A DNA stretch of 33,473 nucleotides from an uncultured Staphylococcaceae bacterium (lineage in GTDB: Bacteria > Bacillota_I > Bacilli_A > RFN20 > CAG-826), in NCBI GenBank assembly GCA_964460405.1, contig CAYWQC010000001.1, positions 1-33,473 on the forward strand, read 5' to 3'. The notes beneath the pieces are model-generated. The model searched no databases, had not been told where the DNA came from, and was given only the letters and a program-made list of their open reading frames with translations. The translations under genes were made by a program, and so were the position numbers. Each line of letters starts with the position of its first letter. The stretch's first letter is position 1. Of the stretch, positions 25,695 to 33,473 are shown in pieces.

Positions 25695-28328
25695 TTACTT
25701 TTTCTTGTGGGTTAAAGCAGCTTGAGCAGCGGCAAGACGTGCAACTGGAACACGGAATGGTGAACAGCTCACATAGTCGAGGCCAACTCTTTCAAAGAAA
25801 TCAATACTGACAGGATCGCCACCATGTTCGCCACAGACACCCACATGGAGATCTTTATTGGCGCCACGACCTAATTTAACAGCGGTTTCGACGAGTTTGC
25901 CGACACCCTTTTGGTCAATGGTTTGGAATGGATCTTGTTCAAAGATTTTGTTTTCAAAGTAATCTGGTAAGAACTTTGTTGCGTCATCACGGCTAAAGCC
26001 AAAGGTCATTTGGGTTAAGTCGTTTGTGCCGAAGCTGAAGAAGGCGGCTTCTTTAGCAATGTCATCAGCAAGTAAGGCAGCACGTGGAATTTCGATCATG
26101 GTACCAACATGGTAGTCAAGTTCTTGGCCACTTTCTGCAATGAGCTTATCAGCTGTTTCGACGACGATTTTCTTAACGAACGCTAATTCTTTCACATCGA
26201 GAACTAATGGAATCATAATTTCTGGATGGATTGCTTTGCCGAGTTTCTTCTGTGCACGTAAGGCTGCTTTAATAATGGCAGTTGCTTGCATGACAGCGAT
26301 TTCTGGATAAGAAACATCAAGACGGCATCCACGGTGACCCATCATTGGGTTGAATTCGTGGAGGAATTCGATCCGTTCGTGAATCGCTTCGACGCTAATG
26401 TCTAATGCTTTAGCTAAATCTTCGATTTTATCTTCTTCTTGTGGTAAGAATTCATGAAGTGGTGGATCGAGTAAGCGAACGGTGACGTTCATACCAAGCA
26501 TGGCAAGGTAGATTTCATAAAAGTCTTCTTCTTGGAATGGGAGAATTGCGTTTAAGGCCTTTTCTCTTGCTTCCTTGGTGTTACTTAAAATCATTTTGCG
26601 CATATGGAAGATACGTTCCTTATCAAAGAACATATGTTCAGTCCGGCAAAGACCAATACCTTGGGCACCAAATTCAACTGCTTGTTTGGCATCTCTTGGT
26701 GTATCAGCATTTGTGCGGATTTCTAAGCGACGGAATTTATCGGCTAATTCCATAATTCTTGCGAAGTCACCGGTTAAGGTTGGTTCGACAAGGGCAATCG
26801 CGCCTTCATAAACTTTACCAGTTGTACCATCAATACTGATGACGTCATTTGGTCCAAAGGTTTTACCATTGATTTTTAGAACATGGTTATCTTCATCGAT
26901 AACGGCGCTGGAAGCACCAACGATACAGGTTTTTCCCATACCACGGGCCACAACAGCAGCGTGAGAAGTCATCCCACCGCGCATGGTAAGAATACCTTGA
27001 GCAGCGACCATACCGGAAATATCTTCTGGTGAAGTTTCCGCACGAACAAGAATAACTTTTTCGCCCTTAGCATTTCTTTCGTCTGCTTCTTTAGCGGTAA
27101 ATGCGAGTTTACCAGTTGCAGCACCTGGAGATGCTGGAAGACCGGAGACAATTTCCTTTGTTTTTGCAATGACTTTTGGGTCAAAGCTCATGTGTAAAAG
27201 ACTATCAAGCGCAGTTGGATCAACGCGTAAGACAGCTTCCTCTTCACTAATGAGGCCTTCATCGATTAAATCACAGGCAATTTTTAGAGCAGCCGCAGCT
27301 GTTCTCTTACCGTTACGTGTTTGTAAGAAGTATAATTTTCCTTCTTCAACGGTGAATTCCATATCTTGCATATCACGATAATGGTTTTCCATTAAGTTGA
27401 CAGTTTCAACGAATTGTTTGTAAACATTTGGCATATTAACTTGTAACCAGTCAATGTGAAGAGGTGTACGGATACCCGCAACGACGTCTTCACCTTGTGC
27501 GTTTGGTAAGTATTCAGCAAATAATGCTTTATCGCCGTTTGATGGTGAACGTGAGAAGGCAACACCAGTACCACTGGTATCTCCCTTATTACCGAAGACC
27601 ATTGATTGAACGTTAACGGCAGTACCCCATTCGTATGGAATGTGGTTCATTCTGCGGTAAACGTTAGCACGTTCATTGTCCCAACTTCTAAAAACAGCTG
27701 AAATTGCAGAAATTAATTGTTCTTTTGCGTCATTAGGGAAATCTTCCCCAATTGCTTTTTTGTAGAAATCTTTGTATTGCTTGACGAGACGTTCCAAGTC
27801 AGCAGCATCGAGTTCTGTATCAAGTTGAACACCTTTCTTTTCTTTCATTTCGTCGAGCATCTTATCCATGGTTGTCCGTGGATAGCCTCTGACGACGTTG
27901 GTGTACATTAAGATAAAACGACGGTAGCAGTCCATTGCAAAACGGCGATTGCCGGTTTCATTTGCGAGGGCCTCCACGCTTGTTTCATTTAATCCTAAGT
28001 TAAGAATGGTATCCATCATGCCAGGCATGGATGCACGGGCACCAGAACGGACACTAACGAGCAAGGGGTTTTTGTCTCCCCCAAAGTTTTTGCCAGTTTT
28101 CTTTTCTAAAGCCGCGATTGCATTATAAACTTCTTCAACAACATAATCTGGTAAAGATTTTTTGCTTTGGTAATAAAGGTTACATGCTTCAGTTGAGACG
28201 GTGAATCCTTCTGGGATTGGCACGCCAACGTGAGTCATTTCAGCTAGACCAGCACCTTTACCGCCAAGAAGTTCTTTGCCTAATCCATAGGCTTCTTCAA
28301 AGTGATAAACATATTTTTTGTTTGCCAT
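25695..28328 (-). CDS. ppdK: pyruvate, phosphate dikinase
   Basis: 877 aa with the N-terminus GGKGAGLAEM, the phosphohistidine region GGMTSHAAVVARGMG and a C-terminal PEP-utilising TIM barrel (GLDYVSCSPFRVP). A strong SD AAGGAGGAAA lies upstream. Confidence 0.97.
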   Translation of the reverse strand: MANKKYVYHFEEAYGLGKELLGGKGAGLAEMTHVGVPIPEGFTVSTEACNLYYQSKKSLPDYVVEEVYNAIAALEKKTGKNFGGDKNPLLVSVRSGARASMPGMMDTILNLGLNETSVEALANETGNRRFAMDCYRRFILMYTNVVRGYPRTTMDKMLDEMKEKKGVQLDTELDAADLERLVKQYKDFYKKAIGEDFPNDAKEQLISAISAVFRSWDNERANVYRRMNHIPYEWGTAVNVQSMVFGNKGDTSGTGVAFSRSPSNGDKALFAEYLPNAQGEDVVAGIRTPLHIDWLQVNMPNVYKQFVETVNLMENHYRDMQDMEFTVEEGKLYFLQTRNGKRTAAAALKIACDLIDEGLISEEEAVLRVDPTALDSLLHMSFDPKVIAKTKEIVSGLPASPGAATGKLAFTAKEADERNAKGEKVILVRAETSPEDISGMVAAQGILTMRGGMTSHAAVVARGMGKTCIVGASSAVIDEDNHVLKINGKTFGPNDVISIDGTTGKVYEGAIALVEPTLTGDFARIMELADKFRRLEIRTNADTPRDAKQAVEFGAQGIGLCRTEHMFFDKERIFHMRKMILSNTKEAREKALNAILPFQEEDFYEIYLAMLGMNVTVRLLDPPLHEFLPQEEDKIEDLAKALDISVEAIHERIEFLHEFNPMMGHRGCRLDVSYPEIAVMQATAIIKAALRAQKKLGKAIHPEIMIPLVLDVKELAFVKKIVVETADKLIAESGQELDYHVGTMIEIPRAALLADDIAKEAAFFSFGTNDLTQMTFGFSRDDATKFLPDYFENKIFEQDPFQTIDQKGVGKLVETAVKLGRGANKDLHVGVCGEHGGDPVSIDFFERVGLDYVSCSPFRVPVARLAAAQAALTHKKK

Positions 28329-28442
28329 ATTTCCTCCTTATATGTTTTTTAAAGTATTTACATACTACTTGTTTATAATATCATAGATATTAATAAAGTG
28401 GCGGGAAATCGATAGTAATAGCACAGAAATATCGAATTTTTA

Positions 28443-28469
28443 TTGAAAGACGGCGTGATTTGATAAAAT
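28443..28469 (+). promoter_or_regulatory. candidate promoter of the FGGY kinase gene
   Basis: TTGAAA (28443..28448), a short 15-nt spacer, then TGaTAAAAT with TAAAAT at 28464..28469. The predicted start, near 28476, would exclude the TTG at 28474 as a start codon. Confidence 0.35.
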
Positions 28470-28494
28470 AGATTTGTATGAAAGTGAAAGCATA

Positions 28495-30033
28495 ATGAAA
28501 AAAGATAAAACTGTCCTCACAATCGACTTTGGCACTCAGTCAGTTAGAGCTCTCATTATTAATGAAAAAGGGGAAACACTAGCTATTGAAAAAGTGCCTT
28601 ATGAAAAACCATATTTTTCGACGAAACCTGGCTATGCCGAGCAAGATCCAAACTATTATTGGGAAAAAATGATACTGGCCACCAAGGCCATGCAACAAAA
28701 AAATAATGAATTGTTGCAAAACGTGATGGCCTTAGGCATTACAACGTTTCGTGATAGTGCCATTTTCCTAGATGAGCATTATCAACCACTCCGTCCAATG
28801 ATATTGTGGTTAGATCAACGACAAGCTAGTTTAAAGAAGGATGTTTCTCTGATTAAAAAAATCGCTTTTGCTATAACAGGAATGACCCAAACCATTGTTT
28901 TAAATCGTAAGCGGACACCCGCGATTTGGGTACAAGAGAACGAACCGGAGATTTGGGCAAAGACAAAGTACTATATTAATATTTCCACATATATCATGTA
29001 TAAAGTGACTGGTCGATTGGTTGATAGTGTTGCCAATCAAACCGGCCATTTCCCTATCAATTTTAAACAAAGAAGATGGCATGGAAAACATGCTCTTAAA
29101 AACATATTTGATATTCCACAACATATGCTCTGTGAAATTAAACAACCAGGGGATGTGCTAGGCACTATTAGCAAGAAAGTGAGTCTAGAAACGGGGATTC
29201 CTGCTGGTCTTAAACTCTATGCTACAGGGACAGACAAGGGTGCGGAAACCATTGGTACAGGTTGTGTTGAAAGTGATATGGCCTCAATATCTTATGGCAC
29301 TGCCTCAAGTATTGAAGTGTCAAACAAGAAATATATCGAACCAGAAACATTTCTACCAGCATATCCTGCTCCAATAGCCGATCTTTATCAAATGGAAGTC
29401 CAAGTTTATCGTGGTTATTGGATGGTATCATGGTTTATTAAAGAATTCGCTAACAATGAGACTCTAGAAGCGAATATCGTGCAAATGGCGACCGAAGAAT
29501 TACTGAATGATAAAATGATGGAAATTCCCGCTGGTTCCGATGGTCTTGTTTTACAACCCTATTGGGGCCCAGGTCTCAAACGACCCCTTGCCAAAGGAGC
29601 CATTGTTGGCTTTAGCGACTATCATACCCGCCATCATATTTATCGGGCGATTATCGAAGGGATTGCCTTCGCTCTATTAGAAGGGCTCAAAGGTATTGAG
29701 CAAAAGCAACACCGGAGAATCAAAAAAATCCGCGTATCTGGCGGGGGATCACAGAGTGATGCAATCTGCCAAATTACTGCGGATATCTTTGGAGTTCCGG
29801 TCGAGAGAATACAAACTTACGAAACGGCTTCCTTAGGGACCGCAATCGCGGTTTTCCTAAGCAGTGGCGTGTTCGCTAGTCACCAACAGGCGATTGAAGC
29901 AATGGTACACCCTAGCAAACAATTTAAGCCAAACGAAGAAAACCATACTAAATACACCTACCTTTTCAAAAAGGTCTATCGTAATATTTATCCCCGACTC
30001 AAACAAGTATACAAAAATATAAAAAAGTTTTAA
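28495..30033 (+). CDS. FGGY-family carbohydrate kinase (sugar specificity unresolved)
   Basis: 512 aa from MKKDKTVLTIDFGTQSVRALII (the FGGY N-terminal phosphate-1 motif), with a C-terminal GGGSQSD motif. The track start at 28474 is a TTG with no SD. Confidence 0.85.
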   Translation: MKKDKTVLTIDFGTQSVRALIINEKGETLAIEKVPYEKPYFSTKPGYAEQDPNYYWEKMILATKAMQQKNNELLQNVMALGITTFRDSAIFLDEHYQPLRPMILWLDQRQASLKKDVSLIKKIAFAITGMTQTIVLNRKRTPAIWVQENEPEIWAKTKYYINISTYIMYKVTGRLVDSVANQTGHFPINFKQRRWHGKHALKNIFDIPQHMLCEIKQPGDVLGTISKKVSLETGIPAGLKLYATGTDKGAETIGTGCVESDMASISYGTASSIEVSNKKYIEPETFLPAYPAPIADLYQMEVQVYRGYWMVSWFIKEFANNETLEANIVQMATEELLNDKMMEIPAGSDGLVLQPYWGPGLKRPLAKGAIVGFSDYHTRHHIYRAIIEGIAFALLEGLKGIEQKQHRRIKKIRVSGGGSQSDAICQITADIFGVPVERIQTYETASLGTAIAVFLSSGVFASHQQAIEAMVHPSKQFKPNEENHTKYTYLFKKVYRNIYPRLKQVYKNIKKF

Positions 30034-31856
30034 CTTTCTGATTGAACACTATCGCCATTTTGGGTTGTCCCCAAGAACTGCGCGTTGTAGAGTTCAGCAT
30101 AAAATCCATTAGCGGCAAGTAGTTCTTGGTGGTTGCCAGTTTCAATAATTTGACCATGATTCATAACAATGATTTTTTTTGCATTTTTAATTGTTGAGAG
30201 GCGATGAGCAATAATAAATGTCGTACGGTTAGTCATCAATTCTTCCATAACAGTTTGGATTGCAAACTCAGTACGTGTATCAACACTACTCGTTGCTTCA
30301 TCAAGAATTATAATACGAGGGTTAGATATAATCGCCCTTGCAATCGTAATTAATTGACGTTGTCCTTGTGATATATTGGTGCCATCTTCATTGAGAACGA
30401 AATCATAACCACCTGGTAGCGTATTAATAAAGTGATGAACCTTTGCAGCTTTTGCAGCCTTTATTACATCTTCATCACTCGCGTCATTTCGTCCGTAACG
30501 AATGTTTGCTTTCACCGAACCCTTGAAAATCCAAGTGTCTTGTAAAACCATGCCAACACTACCCCGGAGCGTACCACGTTTATAATCACGGATATCAACG
30601 CCATCAAGACTGATCGAGCCTTTGTTGATTTCATAAAAACGCATGACAAGATTGACGAGCGTCGTCTTGCCAGCACCAGTTGGCCCAACAATCGCGACTG
30701 TATCACCCTGTTTCACATCAAGATTCATTGCCTCAATGAGGGGTTGATTCTCAACATAACTAAACGAGACATCACTAAAATGATAATCACCTTTAATCAG
30801 GGATTCATCATCAATCGCATCGTCGATTTCCGGCATTAATTCTTCAGCTTTGAGGAGGTCAAAAATACGTTCCGCACCAGCAAGTGTGGTTTGAATGACA
30901 CCGCTAATTTGTCCGAGTTGTTGGAAAGGTAGAGTGAACATATTTAAAAATAAGAGGAAGGCCGCAATCGAGCCTAAGTCATTTGTGAGACCACCGACGA
31001 CACTCACGCCAACGAAGCCTAGATTATTAACGAACCGTATAGAAGGGAAGATAAAAGCACTGAGAACTTGAGATATCCAGTTGGCGCGGGCCATATCACC
31101 ATTCACTTTTTCAAACTTTTCGATTTGATTGTTTTGTTGGTTGAAAAGTTGAACGATATTTAAACCAGCAAAGTTTTCTTCGACAATCCCTTCAAGTTCA
31201 CCAGTTTTCACCTGGAATTTGACGAATTGTTTTTGTGATAATTTTGTAATAGTCAGAGTAATAATCAATGACAATGGAAGTGTCGCAAGCGTCACTAGGG
31301 CTAATTGCCAACTAATGACGAACATGGCAATCAATACACCAAAGAAAAGGAATAGAGAATGAAGTGTTTGGTAGACAATTTGGTTGAGTGATTGGGTAAT
31401 GGCATCAACATCATTTGTCCCGCGCGAGAGGATTTCACCATAGGAGTTTTTGTCAAAGTAGGATAAAGGGAGACGATCAAGTTTACGTTTAATTTTATTT
31501 CGTAAGTTATAACCATAGTCATTGGCAATACGCACAAGAAACAATAAAGAGGTCATATTTAACAAAGCGCTTGTGATGTAAAAACCTAAAACAAGGCCAA
31601 AATCACTGGCAATTTCCAACCAATTAAGGGATAAGGGAGTGGCGCTAACAACATAGGATTGTAAGTTATTAATACTTAATATGGGTTGAATGAAGACAGG
31701 AACAAGCACTTGCAAAATCGAACCAATGATAATTAAAATTGAGATAAATATGAGTTTGAATTTATACGGAGCAAACTCATGAGCTAGGTTGATGAAGGAT
31801 TTTTTGATGTTTTTTGGCCGGACATTACGACTGCCCATTTGCATTCTTGGTGGCAT
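30030..31856 (-). CDS. ABC exporter, fused permease/ATPase; the consensus-site subunit of a heterodimeric pair
   Basis: 608 aa with a 6-TM type I exporter domain, Walker A GPTGAGKTT, Walker B IIILDEATSSVD (catalytic Glu present) and H-loop AHRLST. The ABC signature is atypical (ISQGQ). SD AGGAGGAGAA lies upstream, and the ATG is 1 nt after the upstream gene's stop. Confidence 0.9.
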   Translation of the reverse strand: MPPRMQMGSRNVRPKNIKKSFINLAHEFAPYKFKLIFISILIIIGSILQVLVPVFIQPILSINNLQSYVVSATPLSLNWLEIASDFGLVLGFYITSALLNMTSLLFLVRIANDYGYNLRNKIKRKLDRLPLSYFDKNSYGEILSRGTNDVDAITQSLNQIVYQTLHSLFLFFGVLIAMFVISWQLALVTLATLPLSLIITLTITKLSQKQFVKFQVKTGELEGIVEENFAGLNIVQLFNQQNNQIEKFEKVNGDMARANWISQVLSAFIFPSIRFVNNLGFVGVSVVGGLTNDLGSIAAFLLFLNMFTLPFQQLGQISGVIQTTLAGAERIFDLLKAEELMPEIDDAIDDESLIKGDYHFSDVSFSYVENQPLIEAMNLDVKQGDTVAIVGPTGAGKTTLVNLVMRFYEINKGSISLDGVDIRDYKRGTLRGSVGMVLQDTWIFKGSVKANIRYGRNDASDEDVIKAAKAAKVHHFINTLPGGYDFVLNEDGTNISQGQRQLITIARAIISNPRIIILDEATSSVDTRTEFAIQTVMEELMTNRTTFIIAHRLSTIKNAKKIIVMNHGQIIETGNHQELLAANGFYAELYNAQFLGTTQNGDSVQSES

Positions 31857-31857
31857 C

Positions 31858-33473
31858 TTATTCTCCTCCTTCCACAGCGATAACTTCTTGTTCTATCCGA
31901 ATGGTTTTCTCAATTTCGTCTTTATCCATTTGTGATTTAACAATTTCTTGATAGACTTGACAACTTGTCAATAGTTGATTGTGACCACCGATACCTGCCA
32001 TTTTGCCCTCATCGAGAACGATGATTTGATCGGCGTTAATAATTGAACTCACACGTTGTGCAACGATGATAATGCTGGCATTTTGAGCATAAGCACTTAA
32101 GGCCGTTCTCAGTTTAATATCAGTTTTAAAGTCTAATGCACTAAAGGAATCGTCAAAAATATAAACTGATGGTTTTTTGACCAGGGCGCGAGCAATTGAT
32201 AAACGTTGCTTTTGACCACCTGAGAAGTTGCGACCACCCTGTGATACTTGAGTATCAAGCCCATCTTTTTCTTGGACAAATCCCCATGCTTGAGCAACTT
32301 GCAAAGCCTCAATCATGTCCGCATCGCTAGCATCTTCACGTCCGAAGCGTAAATTATCACGGATGGTCCCACTAAAAAGGACGGCTTGTTGAGGAACGAA
32401 ACCAATTTTTGAACGAAGATCATTTAATTTGTACGATTTGACATCGACATTATTGACCAAAACTTGGCCTTTTGATACGTCAAAGAAGCGAGGGATGAGA
32501 TTAACAATACTACTTTTACCTGATCCAGTTGAGCCGATAATCGCCGTGACTTCACCTGGTCTTGTTTCAAAGTTTATATCACAAAGGGTTGGATGTTCGT
32601 TGTCACTAAAAGTAAAGAGAACATCTTTAAATGCCACAGTTCCTTTGTCTTTTATGGTTGATAATTCAACAGTTTGTTCATTGTCTTTGATTTCGGGATG
32701 GAGATCTAAAACAGCGGCAATACGTTTAGCACTCGCAGCACTCCGGGGGAACATAATAAAGACAAAACTAAGCATCAAGAACGACATCATTATGTTGTTG
32801 ACATATTGTGAAGCACCGATGGTTTGGCTAAAAAGGACTGTATTCGTCGCATCACCATTATTCTCAAATAAGATAAAACCAACAACAAAGACAGAAATAT
32901 AGGACATGTTAAAAAGAATTTGGATGACCGGATTGATAATTTCCATGATTCGTCCAACTTTGATATTGGTATCAGCCATTGAACGATTTGCTTGTTCGAA
33001 AAATCGATATTCACGATCCTCTTGGTTGAACGCACGGACAACGCGGACGCCAGTTAAACCTTCTCTAAAGAGGAGGGTAACATAATCAAGTTTCTCTTGA
33101 ACGAGGCCAAAAAGAGGAGAAGCTATTTTAAATGTGATGGTAATGGCGACAAGAACAACGGGCATTCCTATCAAAATGATGCCCATATACATCGGATCAA
33201 TTTGATAAAGTTTAATTGCACCCACAACCATAAAAGTCGGTGCCATAATAAAGGTTCTCGTCAACATAAATATAAACCCTTGTAACATCCTTGTGTCACT
33301 ATTCATCCGCGTAAGAAGGCTAGATGTTCCAACCCTATTAATATTTGAAACTGAAAAGGTTTGCACATGTGAAAAAAGTTTGGCGCGAAGAATTCGGCCA
33401 AAACTTGCCATCAACGATGAGTTTGTCACCATTTGCCCTATGGCCGCCACGAAGACGAGGAGAGAAACGCCAA
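31858..33473 (-). CDS. ABC exporter, fused permease/ATPase; the degenerate-site subunit. The N-terminus lies outside the window.
   Basis: The frame stays open to base 33473, and the M at 33450 in the track is a GTG inside the ORF. Motifs: Walker A GSTGSGKSS, signature FSGGQ, Walker B IFDDSFSALD (Asp replaces the catalytic Glu) and H-loop VAQRVSS (Gln replaces His). Confidence 0.9.
   Translation of the reverse strand, partial: GVSLLVFVAAIGQMVTNSSLMASFGRILRAKLFSHVQTFSVSNINRVGTSSLLTRMNSDTRMLQGFIFMLTRTFIMAPTFMVVGAIKLYQIDPMYMGIILIGMPVVLVAITITFKIASPLFGLVQEKLDYVTLLFREGLTGVRVVRAFNQEDREYRFFEQANRSMADTNIKVGRIMEIINPVIQILFNMSYISVFVVGFILFENNGDATNTVLFSQTIGASQYVNNIMMSFLMLSFVFIMFPRSAASAKRIAAVLDLHPEIKDNEQTVELSTIKDKGTVAFKDVLFTFSDNEHPTLCDINFETRPGEVTAIIGSTGSGKSSIVNLIPRFFDVSKGQVLVNNVDVKSYKLNDLRSKIGFVPQQAVLFSGTIRDNLRFGREDASDADMIEALQVAQAWGFVQEKDGLDTQVSQGGRNFSGGQKQRLSIARALVKKPSVYIFDDSFSALDFKTDIKLRTALSAYAQNASIIIVAQRVSSIINADQIIVLDEGKMAGIGGHNQLLTSCQVYQEIVKSQMDKDEIEKTIRIEQEVIAVEGGE

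Noticed and set aside
28403-28417. A cre-like (CcpA) site, GGGAAATCGATAGTA, in the ppdK / FGGY-kinase divergent promoter region.
   Set aside because: It has three mismatches to the WTGNAANCGNWNNCW consensus, including the conserved T and the distal C. It keeps the central CG but is not palindromic enough to call.

Overview
This window is the chromosomal replication-origin neighbourhood of a low-GC Firmicute or wall-less relative. Gene order looks Acholeplasma- or Erysipelotrichia-like, but that assignment is tentative. TGA is used as a stop codon (yidC, tatD, rsmA), so this is not a genetic-code-4 mycoplasma.

Left arm, all on the minus strand: dnaA, dnaN, yaaA, recF, gyrB, gyrA, a T-box-controlled serS, a 4.5S-type SRP RNA, tadA and a fused MacB-like ABC ATPase/FtsX permease. 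These are followed by a tightly packed operon of P-type ATPase, psuG, TetR and Fe-alcohol dehydrogenase, which runs off the left edge.

Right arm, plus strand: rpmH (missing from the ORF track), rnpA, yidC, jag, mnmE, tatD, rnmV, rsmA and glmU. Then come ppdK (minus), an FGGY sugar kinase (plus) and a heterodimeric ABC exporter pair (minus, with the upstream gene running off the right edge).

oriC appears bipartite. About 11 DnaA boxes lie between dnaA and rpmH. A box / GC-cluster / DnaA-trio-like array lies in the 129-bp dnaA-dnaN spacer.

I see no CRISPR array, transposase, integrase, phage gene, toxin-antitoxin pair or recognisable defence gene. Every long ORF has a confident housekeeping, metabolic or transport assignment. 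I therefore do not find evidence for a novel multi-gene system here.

The signals most worth a second look are mostly non-coding:
- the origin architecture;
- a repeated promoter-like 22-mer;
- the serS / SRP RNA / tadA nesting;
- a palindromic operator candidate;
- a mini-uORF coupled to glmU.

A few proteins also have atypical motifs: the P-type ATPase M4 segment, a degenerate ABC site and an enlarged YidC N-domain.
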